NCBI GenBank assembly: GCA_029838215.1
Contig: JALGVI010000020.1
Span: forward strand, 1-37,810
Reading direction: 5' to 3'
DNA length: 37,810 nt
Source of the DNA: Candidatus Helarchaeota archaeon
GTDB lineage: Archaea; Asgardarchaeota; Lokiarchaeia; Helarchaeales; RDOG01
Made by a program: the position numbers and the translations under genes. A model generated the notes under the pieces. It was not told the DNA's origin, searched no databases, and worked only from the letters and a program-made list of their open reading frames with translations. Below are positions 10,951-19,631 of this stretch, piece after piece (position 1 is the stretch's first letter; every line of letters begins with the position of its first letter).

Positions 10951-11235
10951 TTATTTCTTCGTTAGGGTTATTTCGATCGTTGAAACGGAGAAGTTTCCTC
11001 GATCCTTGCTTTCAATGGTCTCTGTGCCTGTTTTGATATCAACGATTTCTATCTGCCCTTGCATGAATTTCGTCCTGAGAATTTCTGCAACATCTACGGC
11101 TCTGGAAATGGCACGACCTCTAGCCTTTATAATAATCTCCTTAGATTTTTCACCTTGAATTATGGCAAAACAAGCCATCACATAATTCATGGCGGGTTTT
11201 TGTCCAATAAATACCACGTTTTCGTCCTTACTCAT
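10951..11235 (-). CDS. albA: DNA/RNA-binding protein Alba
   Basis: VFIGQKPAMNYV, IIIKARGRAISRAVDVAE, VSTIEITL. Confidence 0.96.
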   Translation of the reverse strand: MSKDENVVFIGQKPAMNYVMACFAIIQGEKSKEIIIKARGRAISRAVDVAEILRTKFMQGQIEIVDIKTGTETIESKDRGNFSVSTIEITLTKK

Positions 11236-11437
11236 AATCTCATCTCACTTTTGTCGTTTGAAATTTTTGAGTCCGAGTTTCAATATAACCCGTTTACTTA
11301 GACAATTGTGTTTATTTCCTGCATTCAGAGAATGTTATAGGAAATCCCTGAAGAAAATTCTTCAAGCAAAAAAACAACAACCAAAGCATTATATAAATAA
11401 ATTCGTTCATGAGCTGAAGTATTGGTCTAGATCTTTT

Positions 11438-12592
11438 CTATTTCGTTTTGTAAACATTGAAAATTTTACATTGAGGAATACTTGTTAATCGCTGAAGTGC
11501 AACGTTAATCGCTTGAAATGAAGAATCAATTCCAATCCAACGCCTCTTCAATTGTTCTGCCGCAACAAGGCTGGTGCCAGAACCCGCAAAAGCATCTAAT
11601 ATAACATCGCCCTCATTGGAAGATGCAGAAATTATCAATTTTAACATCTCAAGATTCTTTTCTGTTGGATATGAAGGATATGGAGCATCCTTATACATCC
11701 ACACATCCTGCTTCTTCTTTCCCTTCTTAACATATTCATCAGCATAAATGATCTTTCGGGGATTTCCTGTCTTGGACCATTCAATTAAACCCTTCTGGTC
11801 AAGATCTTCCAGTACGTCTGGGGAATAACGCCAATGACGTCCCTTTGGTGGTAACTTTCCCCGCCATGGTTGACCAGTTGGGCCATTCTTGGTCTCACCC
11901 GGCGCGTGAAGTGGGTTTGTTGTATACATTCGACCATTCTTATCTCTCCTCGGAAATAATCGAAGAAGATCCTCCTCCGTAAAAGAATCTCGGGGGTCAT
12001 TCCAAATATATTTTCTCGTTTTTGAGTAAAAATAGATCACGTCTTTATAATTACCGTATGCTTTTCGGGCAAAGTTTTTCGGATTGCATTTAATTCGGGA
12101 AATATCATTAATATAACGCTCGGGTCCAAAAACTTCATCCAAAATAATCTTAACATAATGTCCTACCTTTGAATCCACGTGAACATAGATTGAACCATCA
12201 TCAGCCAATAACTCACGCATCAAGATCAAGCGATGTCGCAAGAATTCTAAATATTCGGGACCGCTTAATTTGTCTGCATAAGCCACGGCATCTTTATCAC
12301 TCATGCTGATAGTTGCGGTTCGTTCTTTACCGATCTTGAAATCTTTTTTAGTAGCGAATGGTGGATCAATATAAATCAACTTCACCTTGTTTTTCAGTTT
12401 AGGATCTTGAAGTAATGTCTTCAAAACGTTTAAACAATCGCCATGTATCAAAAAATTGTTCCACTCATCTGATGTTTTTTTTTCTCCTGCCATTTTCTCA
12501 ATTTTTAGATTTGCCATTGGTGTCGAACTCAATACTTCTGCCTTGGAAAGCTTACCAAGATAAGTGAGTTTAATTCCATTCATGTGGATCAC
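11438..12592 (-). CDS. Amino (N6-A/N4-C) DNA methyltransferase, beta class (Mod-like)
   Basis: Motif IV LIYIDPPF precedes motif I ILDAFAGSGTS, plus YPTEKN. Start may be ATG at 12583. Confidence 0.92.
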   Translation of the reverse strand: MIHMNGIKLTYLGKLSKAEVLSSTPMANLKIEKMAGEKKTSDEWNNFLIHGDCLNVLKTLLQDPKLKNKVKLIYIDPPFATKKDFKIGKERTATISMSDKDAVAYADKLSGPEYLEFLRHRLILMRELLADDGSIYVHVDSKVGHYVKIILDEVFGPERYINDISRIKCNPKNFARKAYGNYKDVIYFYSKTRKYIWNDPRDSFTEEDLLRLFPRRDKNGRMYTTNPLHAPGETKNGPTGQPWRGKLPPKGRHWRYSPDVLEDLDQKGLIEWSKTGNPRKIIYADEYVKKGKKKQDVWMYKDAPYPSYPTEKNLEMLKLIISASSNEGDVILDAFAGSGTSLVAAEQLKRRWIGIDSSFQAINVALQRLTSIPQCKIFNVYKTK

Positions 12593-12595
12593 GAT

Positions 12596-13186
12596 TTAAA
12601 GACTTGGATTTATTAAGAGAAATTGGCTTGCCAACGTCGCAACGATGAAAACCACGGCAAGCGCGCTCAAGAATATGACATCAACCTTCTGGTAGGAACC
12701 ATCAAAGACTTTTATCCCCCAAATAAAGGTCAGGGACAATGCAATGCTGGTAAAAACAACCTCCTTGACAGGGTACCATGCGGTAGGAAAGAAAATCTTG
12801 AAAAATAAATTAATCGGCTCATCAGGTAACTGAAAAAATTGAAGAAACGAATTCACGGCACATTGATATAAAGATGGAATCCAAAACCAGCAAAGAAATA
12901 TGTTTGTAAGTCGGAAAAACTTCAAGAGCCTGGATGTAAGAAGAATCACCCCGCCTATTGCCACGACAAGAATGACACCTCCAAGAGGACCTAAGAGATT
13001 TAACGCTAAATCAACGGCGACGTTTCCCCATCGTTCATGCATGATGGCAACGTGTAAATAAATTCCAATCGCATATAAAATAAAACCTCCAAAAGCAAAG
13101 GCATTCAAGAGATTTACCTTAAATTCTGTCGTTAAAACTTCTTGTTCATGATCCGTTGGTGAATCATTCGTTAAATTCACGCTCAT
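12596..13186 (-). CDS. Hypothetical multi-pass membrane protein
   Basis: About five hydrophobic segments. Stop lies 3 nt before the methyltransferase ORF. Confidence 0.8.
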   Translation of the reverse strand: MSVNLTNDSPTDHEQEVLTTEFKVNLLNAFAFGGFILYAIGIYLHVAIMHERWGNVAVDLALNLLGPLGGVILVVAIGGVILLTSRLLKFFRLTNIFLCWFWIPSLYQCAVNSFLQFFQLPDEPINLFFKIFFPTAWYPVKEVVFTSIALSLTFIWGIKVFDGSYQKVDVIFLSALAVVFIVATLASQFLLINPSL

Positions 13187-13320
13187 TTACTTTCCTTCCT
13201 TAACGAAATAATTGACCTAATTCGATATTTAACAATGCGAGGAAGAACATAAAAACTGAAAGCTTCTTTAATACTTTAGTACAAATCTTAAGTGCAATTC
13301 ACGATCAACATGAAGGGATT

Positions 13321-13773
13321 TTGATGGTAAATATAAAGATTCGTGCTTCTAGAATAGAGGACATCGATGAACTGAAAGCATTAATGAGATCCTTGACGGA
13401 ATACTTCAAGCGACCTTTTTACGAAAAACAATGGATAATGGATATCAAATATAAATTTGAATCTGCACCGGAATCTATTATTGTTGCAGAAGATACAGAA
13501 AACAATGAACTTGTCGGCATGATACTTGTTGATATCGGTCGCGATCCTTACTCTGGAGCAATAATTGCTCAATTAAACAATTTCATCGTGAAGAAGGAAT
13601 GGAGGGGTAAGGGAATCGGCTCAAAACTCATTCAACGTGCTATTGAACTATGTCGAGACAAAAAGGTCAAAGAAATTCATACTAATGCTCGCAAAGAAAT
13701 TGATGAATTATTGCTTCTATTCGAGAAATTTGACTTCGTGGAAAGTCATGTTGTCATGAAACTCGAATTATGA
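13321..13773 (+). CDS. GNAT-family N-acetyltransferase
   Basis: Acetyl-CoA motif A FIVKKEWRGKGIGSKLI, late LFEKFDF motif. Confidence 0.92.
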   Translation: MMVNIKIRASRIEDIDELKALMRSLTEYFKRPFYEKQWIMDIKYKFESAPESIIVAEDTENNELVGMILVDIGRDPYSGAIIAQLNNFIVKKEWRGKGIGSKLIQRAIELCRDKKVKEIHTNARKEIDELLLLFEKFDFVESHVVMKLEL

Positions 13774-13783
13774 ATCTATTTTA

Positions 13784-14305
13784 TTAAATCCTATAGGTTG
13801 GACCAAACAATACCGTGATTTCATCTTTTAGTTTTTGAACTTGACCCCTTATTTTATTTGATCTTATAAAAGAATCGATCTTATTGATTACAAGTTGATA
13901 GAGCATTTCAAACTCAAAACGTGATTCGTATGAATCATCCCGCGTGGCAAGCGTTGTAATGGCCAAGTTAAGGCGTTGAATTTCAAATCGAACTTTTTCC
14001 AATTCATCCTCGAATTTCGTGGGATTAATGGCAGGTATTGTTTCTGAAATATCCATTTCAACCAACCTACGAATGAATTGTGATAGTGTTTCCCCGTATT
14101 TGTTCTTTGCATGTTCCATCCAACGTGCTTTCTCCACCCTTTTTAAACGAATAGTTACAAACGTCCCAAGACCTTGCGTTTTCTTCAATTTCTTCAACCA
14201 ACCAAATTTCGTGTCAAGGTTCTGTATTGATTTTTGTCTAGACAATAACAGAACCATATATAAATTAAATCTTGAACTGTTTGCTACAAAATATTCACTT
14301 AACAA
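13784..14305 (-). CDS. Ribbon-helix-helix (CopG-like) DNA-binding protein with coiled coil
   Basis: FVTIRL (strand) - helix - GETLSQFIRRLVE (helix B) pattern. The real start is probably TTG at 14197 or 14188 rather than 14305. Confidence 0.6.
   Translation of the reverse strand: MLSEYFVANSSRFNLYMVLLLSRQKSIQNLDTKFGWLKKLKKTQGLGTFVTIRLKRVEKARWMEHAKNKYGETLSQFIRRLVEMDISETIPAINPTKFEDELEKVRFEIQRLNLAITTLATRDDSYESRFEFEMLYQLVINKIDSFIRSNKIRGQVQKLKDEITVLFGPTYRI
14234..14245. promoter_or_regulatory. Perfect 12-bp palindrome TTGTCTAGACAA, candidate operator
   Basis: Self-complementary. Lies between the probable RHH start and TATATAAA (14257-14264) in the divergent RHH/vhuA region. Confidence 0.45.
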
Positions 14306-14348
14306 CTCAGTTAAAATCCATTAGAAACGTTAATGGAATGAGTCTAAC

Positions 14349-15659
14349 ATGTCAAAAACAATCAAAATCGATCCAGTCACGAGACTTGAAGGTCACGGTG
14401 CGATTACAATTAAACTCGGACCGGGCAATAAAGTCGAGGACGTGCAATATAATATTACATCGACACGCTTCTTTGAAAAGTGGTTCGAAGGTCGCAAGGC
14501 AGAAGACGTGCCACGGATGGCTCCAAGGATTTGTGGTATTTGTCCAATTCCACATCACTTGGCATCTACAAAAGCGGTTGAAGCTGCCTTTGGCATAACA
14601 CCCCCACGACCGGCATTGAAGCTTCGTGAATTGATGATCAACGCCAAACAAATCTCATCTCACGTGCTTCACATTGCTGCACTACAATTACCCGATCTAC
14701 TCGTTGGACCTTTTGCTCCTAAAGAAAAACGAAACGTGGTTACCGTTATCAACGCCCTTCCGGATATTGGTAAGGCTGTTTTCGAAGCAATGCGATTTGG
14801 TCAGGAACTCTGTGCTTCCATTGGTGGAAAGTCAGTTCATCCTGTATCCGCAATTGCTGGCGGAATGACAAGCCCGTGGAGTGAAGAAAAACGTGATCAA
14901 TTCTTGAAAGCCATTCCGCGTGTTGTCGAAATCGGCAAGGTTGTAGTCGATTTGGGTAATAAGCTAGTACAAGATTATCTTGACGTGATCACGAAAGTAG
15001 GAAATGTCCCAACATATTACTTTGGTCTGGTAAACGATAAAAAAGAAATGACCATTTGGGATGGTAATTTACGCGTTATGGCTCCCGATGGCAAAATCGT
15101 CGTGGATGAACATCCTTCAAAATATCTCGAATTTCTAGGTGAACACATACCCAATTATTCTTATGCAACGCACATTTACTACAAAGGCGCAGGATATCCT
15201 GACGGCATCTGGCGTGCAAATTGTTTAGCACGTCTGAACGTTGCAGAAAAAATGCAAACGCCATGGGCACAAGAACTACTTGAGGAATTCCGCAAGACAG
15301 TCGGTCGTCCGTGTCACTTAAACTTTGCATACGTTTGGGCCCGCATCATTGAAACAATCCAAGCCGTTGAAAAATGCAAGATCCTCATGGAAGATCCGGA
15401 AATCGTTTCAACAGACGTGAAACTGGCAGACGTTGAACCAAAAGCTGGCGTTGGCGTCGGTTGTGTTGAAGCACCGAGAGGTAACCTGATACACAATTAT
15501 TGGACAAACGATAAAGGCATCGTTACAAAAGCCAATTTGGTCGTTGCAACCAATAATAACATTGCAGGCATTCAAAAATCACTCTTGCACGTGGCAAAAC
15601 AAGTCTTCGAAGATAAAGCCCATGAGAGTCTCAAACTCCCTGAACCCATGATAAAATAA
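14349..15659 (+). CDS. vhuA: Group 3c [NiFe(Se)] hydrogenase large subunit, lacking the C-terminal L2 motif
   Basis: IDPVTRLEGH, L1 RICGICPIPH, VEAPRGNLIH. Ends ...LPEPMIK with no DPCxxC. Confidence 0.95.
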   Translation: MSKTIKIDPVTRLEGHGAITIKLGPGNKVEDVQYNITSTRFFEKWFEGRKAEDVPRMAPRICGICPIPHHLASTKAVEAAFGITPPRPALKLRELMINAKQISSHVLHIAALQLPDLLVGPFAPKEKRNVVTVINALPDIGKAVFEAMRFGQELCASIGGKSVHPVSAIAGGMTSPWSEEKRDQFLKAIPRVVEIGKVVVDLGNKLVQDYLDVITKVGNVPTYYFGLVNDKKEMTIWDGNLRVMAPDGKIVVDEHPSKYLEFLGEHIPNYSYATHIYYKGAGYPDGIWRANCLARLNVAEKMQTPWAQELLEEFRKTVGRPCHLNFAYVWARIIETIQAVEKCKILMEDPEIVSTDVKLADVEPKAGVGVGCVEAPRGNLIHNYWTNDKGIVTKANLVVATNNNIAGIQKSLLHVAKQVFEDKAHESLKLPEPMIK

Positions 15660-15680
15660 TCTTAAAATTAGGTGAAAAAC

Positions 15681-15833
15681 ATGAGCGAAGAAATTCCTGA
15701 AGGACTCCTGAACCTTCTTGAAATGGTCGTTCGCAATTATGACTGCTGACTATCGTGCGCAGCACATTTGACCATCATTGATGAAAATGATAACGTAATT
15801 GTCGAAAAAGATATCGTCATTGGTTCAGGATGA
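15681..15833 (+). CDS. vhuU: Selenocysteine-containing hydrogenase small peptide VhuU (50 aa, Sec at codon 23)
   Basis: MSEEIPEGLLNLLEMVVRNYDC-U-LSCAAHLTIIDENDNVIVEKDIVIGSG*. In-frame TGA at 15747-15749 sits at the L2 Ni-ligand position. GGTGA RBS at 15671. Supplies the motif missing from vhuA. Not in the ORF track. Confidence 0.93.
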
Positions 15834-15871
15834 TTCGCGTCCGAAAGCAAGGCTGGACGCGGGGACGAACC
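15822..15871 (+). ncRNA. Eukaryote-like (Asgard-type) SECIS element
   Basis: Helix I GGTTC/GAACC; core AUGAU/GGAC with tandem G.A/A.G; helix II TCGCGTCCG/TGGACGCGG; apical AAA plus GC-AAG-GC ministem. Confidence 0.88.
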
Positions 15872-15891
15872 CACGCCTGGGTTGAACCAAC

Positions 15892-15905
15892 TTTTTTCTT
15901 TTTTT
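15892..15905 (+). terminator. T-rich archaeal terminator after vhuAU
   Basis: TTTTTTCTTTTTTT immediately downstream of the SECIS region. Confidence 0.55.
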
Positions 15906-16024
15906 CCTGTTTTCTCATAAATTGCTATAAAATAAATAATTCTTTTGCATCATCAGCTCCCATTATAAGCGATCCATCACAATATATCAAAAAACACGGA
16001 AAGAATTGAAAAAAAATATGAGGA

Positions 16025-16534
16025 TTGATTAATATGCCATTTCTACCTGAATGGGAAGTTCCCGAAGAACGAGCAAAAGATTATAAAAAATTACAAGAAG
16101 CCTTTTGCGAAGGCGAAGAACCTATTGCCGCTTGCAAAATGATGAGCAATGGTGTTGAAGGATTTGGAGTTCTGACGAATCAAGCATTTTATTGGGCTCC
16201 GCATCACTCTGGCTGGACCAAGTTTGCTGCATATACTAGTTCAGGATCATCTGGAGCCGCAGCACGAAGGGCCATGAGAAGTAATGAAGAAAAAGCAAAC
16301 GAACTTAAAAGCATTGCTGAAGTCGAAATCAAAGGAAACGGAATGATGAACATAAAATGGAAAAAAATCGATAAGAAAACTGGTGAATTCGTAACAAATA
16401 AAAAAGGAGAATTCAAAACAATAAAAACTAAATACGTTCTATTACGTCCGAAAAAAATCGATAAGAAAACTTGGAAAAATCAACGAGATCAATTCGGAGA
16501 ACTTGTCAAGAAAGCCATTGCAGATTCAAATTAA
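16025..16534 (+). CDS. Hypothetical protein, possibly PH-like fold
   Basis: GFGVLTNQAFYW resembles the xLxLTnxRlif strand of bacterial PH-like domains and there is a C-terminal helix. Start likely ATG 16034. The fold call is weak. Confidence 0.65.
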   Translation: MINMPFLPEWEVPEERAKDYKKLQEAFCEGEEPIAACKMMSNGVEGFGVLTNQAFYWAPHHSGWTKFAAYTSSGSSGAAARRAMRSNEEKANELKSIAEVEIKGNGMMNIKWKKIDKKTGEFVTNKKGEFKTIKTKYVLLRPKKIDKKTWKNQRDQFGELVKKAIADSN

Positions 16535-16694
16535 ATATTTTTTTACTTGGAATGATAATAAACAAATTTCCTCTTTTTTTCTTACAAATCTTAATTTCGT
16601 AAGCTAATTTTTTAACAAATGAATGACAAAAAAGAATACGTTGGAGGATTCTTTAAGACCTTATAAAATTTAAGATTAAAAATTGGTGAGCTAA

Positions 16695-16976
16695 ATGAAA
16701 TTGGATTTAAATAACGTTAATGAAACAAAGGCGCGACTCAAGGATTTGATAACTCTCGCCGAAAAGCAAACTTGCGATCAGATCAACATAGATGAACTAA
16801 AACAAATATTAGAAGAAATTGGTGCGAGTTCCGAACTCATGGTAAAATATGAAGACATTTATGATGATGCTGCTGATGCACTCATGCTCGCTGGAATCAC
16901 GGCAGAAGAATGTTCCTGCGATCCCTTACGGAAACACATTCCTAAAGATAAGGAAAAACTTGATCCCAATGCCTAA
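16695..16976 (+). CDS. Small acidic hypothetical protein
   Basis: 93 aa, GGTGA RBS upstream, T-rich tract downstream. Confidence 0.75.
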   Translation: MKLDLNNVNETKARLKDLITLAEKQTCDQINIDELKQILEEIGASSELMVKYEDIYDDAADALMLAGITAEECSCDPLRKHIPKDKEKLDPNA

Positions 16977-17104
16977 AATGTAAGAAAATGAAGTTTCTTA
17001 CTTAATTTTTTCCCTTTTTTTATTTCAGATCCGTTCTTGTAAAATTCAAATACTTGAAAAGGAAAAATAAATCAATCTTGAAATACATTTATTTTATTCA
17101 TTAA

Positions 17105-17761
17105 TTGTTGGAATTTAATATGTCAAAGAAAACAAGGAAACCGAGAAAAACGCCCAAGAAAACAACAAACACTAAGAAAGATAACGAAACAAATGGTATA
17201 AATAAGGCAGATATGGCTAAGAAACTTTACGACCAAGCATCGGAGTTAAGGAAAAATGGAAAATACGCAGATGCGATTCCTATTTATCAGAAATCCTTGA
17301 ATCTTTCACCAAATAACCCATCAACACTGAATGATATGGCTTGGACTTATTATTTGATGGGAGAATATGAAGATGCCATCCGATATGCCGAAATTGCATT
17401 AGATATTGCTCCGACAAAAGGTTTTATCTGGGATACTCTCGCCTGTGCTTATTTCCAATTGGGAGATATTGATAAATCATGGCAGTGTTTCGAACAAATG
17501 AAACGCGTTGATCCTACTGAAAAAGGAACTGTAGAAATATATCAACGAGTCAAAAAACTAATCCAACCGAAACGCGCTTTCTTTAGTCACAAGGGAAGAA
17601 AAGGAAGCATCAAAGAACAGACAGCACGCGTTCTTGAACCATTTTCAAATAATACAAAAGCAATTTTAGCAATCATCATTATTGCTAGTGGGATTCTTCT
17701 CATTCATAACGTGATATTGGGAATTTATCTATTGCAAACATTTCTTGCCATCATTTTATAG
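17105..17761 (+). CDS. TPR protein with C-terminal membrane anchor
   Basis: About three TPR repeats (YADAIPIYQKSLNLSP, YEDAIRYAEIALDIAP) and a hydrophobic C-terminus. Start likely ATG 17120. Confidence 0.85.
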   Translation: MLEFNMSKKTRKPRKTPKKTTNTKKDNETNGINKADMAKKLYDQASELRKNGKYADAIPIYQKSLNLSPNNPSTLNDMAWTYYLMGEYEDAIRYAEIALDIAPTKGFIWDTLACAYFQLGDIDKSWQCFEQMKRVDPTEKGTVEIYQRVKKLIQPKRAFFSHKGRKGSIKEQTARVLEPFSNNTKAILAIIIIASGILLIHNVILGIYLLQTFLAIIL

Positions 17762-17763
17762 AT

Positions 17764-18720
17764 TCACGGTCCCGTTTGCACGTTTAAAAGCGGCTCACCA
17801 CTCATCAGCCGTCTGATATTTTCAATAATTCCCGAAATGATTCGATCATGACTTTCTACGGTGCTCCCTGCCACGTGCGGCAATGAAATAACATTTTCTT
17901 TGAATAAAGGATCGTCTGGATCCTCTGGTTCGTTCCAATAAACATCAAGACCGGCACCGGCAATGATCTTATTTTTTAAGGCAAAATATAAAGCATCCTT
18001 CTGAATGATCGGTCCGCGAGCCACGTTTATGATAAATGCAGTTGGTTTCATCAAGCGTAATTCACGTTCCCCAATTAATCCGCGTGTTTCTGGTGTTAGA
18101 GGCGCGTGGATAGAAACAAAATCAGAGTTCTTGAGTATGAAATCAAGATCGGTTTTTTCGCCTAAAAACTTCAGTTTAAATCCGCATTTAACAATGGAAG
18201 AGAGTTGCCGTTTTATTGCAAATATCTTCATCCCAAATGCAGCAGCACGTCTTGCAAGATCCGTCCCTGATTGCCCAAAACCAATTATTCCCAAAGTCTT
18301 ACCTTCAAGCTCTGTGCCGATTGGCCAGCCCAGCCTTCGTGCTTGAAAGGAATCGCGCGCTTCGTTAAATCTTTTTGCCAAAGCCAAAATTAAAAAGAAA
18401 GCCGCCTCCGCTACGGATTGATGATTTGTTCCCGGCGTGTTTGCGACGAGAATTTGCCGGGCACTTGCGGCTTCAAAATCCACGCCTTCAAGTCCCACGC
18501 CAAACTGATGAATCAACTTGAGCCGAGTGGCGGCATTAATGATTTGAGCATCAATTTGTTCCATCGTGGGAATGAGAACATCTACGTCTTTAACCTGTTC
18601 TACAAGAGGACGTGTTGAGTCCTGATAAATAAAACTCACACCAGAGAGTTCATTTTCCAATCTAAGACGTAATTTTTCAGCAGCACGTCGCCAACCATCA
18701 CCGCACCAAATAACTTTCAT
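17764..18720 (-). CDS. D-isomer-specific 2-hydroxyacid dehydrogenase
   Basis: GIIGFGQSG, SIHAPLTPET, INVARG, DVYWNEP, LPHVAG. Confidence 0.94.
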   Translation of the reverse strand: MKVIWCGDGWRRAAEKLRLRLENELSGVSFIYQDSTRPLVEQVKDVDVLIPTMEQIDAQIINAATRLKLIHQFGVGLEGVDFEAASARQILVANTPGTNHQSVAEAAFFLILALAKRFNEARDSFQARRLGWPIGTELEGKTLGIIGFGQSGTDLARRAAAFGMKIFAIKRQLSSIVKCGFKLKFLGEKTDLDFILKNSDFVSIHAPLTPETRGLIGERELRLMKPTAFIINVARGPIIQKDALYFALKNKIIAGAGLDVYWNEPEDPDDPLFKENVISLPHVAGSTVESHDRIISGIIENIRRLMSGEPLLNVQTGP

Positions 18721-18725
18721 TTGAA

Positions 18726-19631
18726 TCAGTCCAACGTAATCAATGAATTGAGATAATTAATGATCTTACCTGCGACATTACCATGCTCAGTTGAATCTTT
18801 TAAGGTTTTTTCTGCGCCACGAAAACCAATAAACGGATTTATCTCTAGTAAATAAAGTGTCCCATCCTTGCTTGGAAGAGTATCAAGCCCAAAGATTACG
18901 AGACCCGTGAGTTCCTGAATTTTTTGAGCAACTTCACGTGATTGTCGTAGATGCTCATCGATATTTGGATCAATTCTCCGTATTTCGTCCTTAGTCTTAC
19001 CGTGACCACCCTGATGCAGGTTGTGGCGAAAATCCTCCTTAGAATAGCGCATGAATTGAATGGGTTTTTCAGGTCCAATCATGATCGTGCGAATATCATA
19101 GTCCAAGTTGTCCACGTATTCTTGCAAGAGCAAAATTTTATACTTCCTGAAAAGCGATTGAAGTCCTGCCTCATCCTTCAAGGAAACCAAAGTTATATCC
19201 TCGCCAAGCCCCCCTATCATGGGTTTGAACACGTATTTTTTATCTTGATCGAGTTTTTTGATAACGGCTGAAAAGCAGGTGCCAATATAAGTCTCCGGCA
19301 TTTTAATGATTATGCTCAAGTGTTTCTTCCAGAAAAAATAAAAACTCATCTTATCACAAATCTTTAGCGCATGTGATGAAGGAATCACCTTGCATCCTTC
19401 AAGCTCAAGAGTTTCAATCACGTTTAAAAGATATATCACGGAATGCGGAATAAATAAATCAAGAGATGCCCGTATTAGACAAATCTCAGGGATCGTTGGA
19501 AGAGGAAATACCAAATCTTCAAGCGAATAAAAAGAATAAGAAATTTCATGGAAAGCCGCTTCTTCCTTAAGTCGGCGAAATTCATGCGTATCTTTTCCGA
19601 TTATCCAAACATCGTCTCGCTTGACATTCAC
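18726..19631 (-). CDS. RimK-family ATP-grasp ligase (possibly MptN/CofF-like cofactor glutamate ligase)
   Basis: VFKPMIGGLG, LLQEYV, DIRT, FRHNLHQGG, FGLD, LLEIN. Divergent from mtd. Confidence 0.85.
   Translation of the reverse strand: MNVKRDDVWIIGKDTHEFRRLKEEAAFHEISYSFYSLEDLVFPLPTIPEICLIRASLDLFIPHSVIYLLNVIETLELEGCKVIPSSHALKICDKMSFYFFWKKHLSIIIKMPETYIGTCFSAVIKKLDQDKKYVFKPMIGGLGEDITLVSLKDEAGLQSLFRKYKILLLQEYVDNLDYDIRTIMIGPEKPIQFMRYSKEDFRHNLHQGGHGKTKDEIRRIDPNIDEHLRQSREVAQKIQELTGLVIFGLDTLPSKDGTLYLLEINPFIGFRGAEKTLKDSTEHGNVAGKIINYLNSLITLD

Noticed and set aside
11186-11215. Alba GQKP in place of GKKP (acetyl-Lys mimic at the K16-equivalent)
   Set aside because: This position varies widely among Alba proteins (e.g. 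Asn), so no special meaning is supportable.
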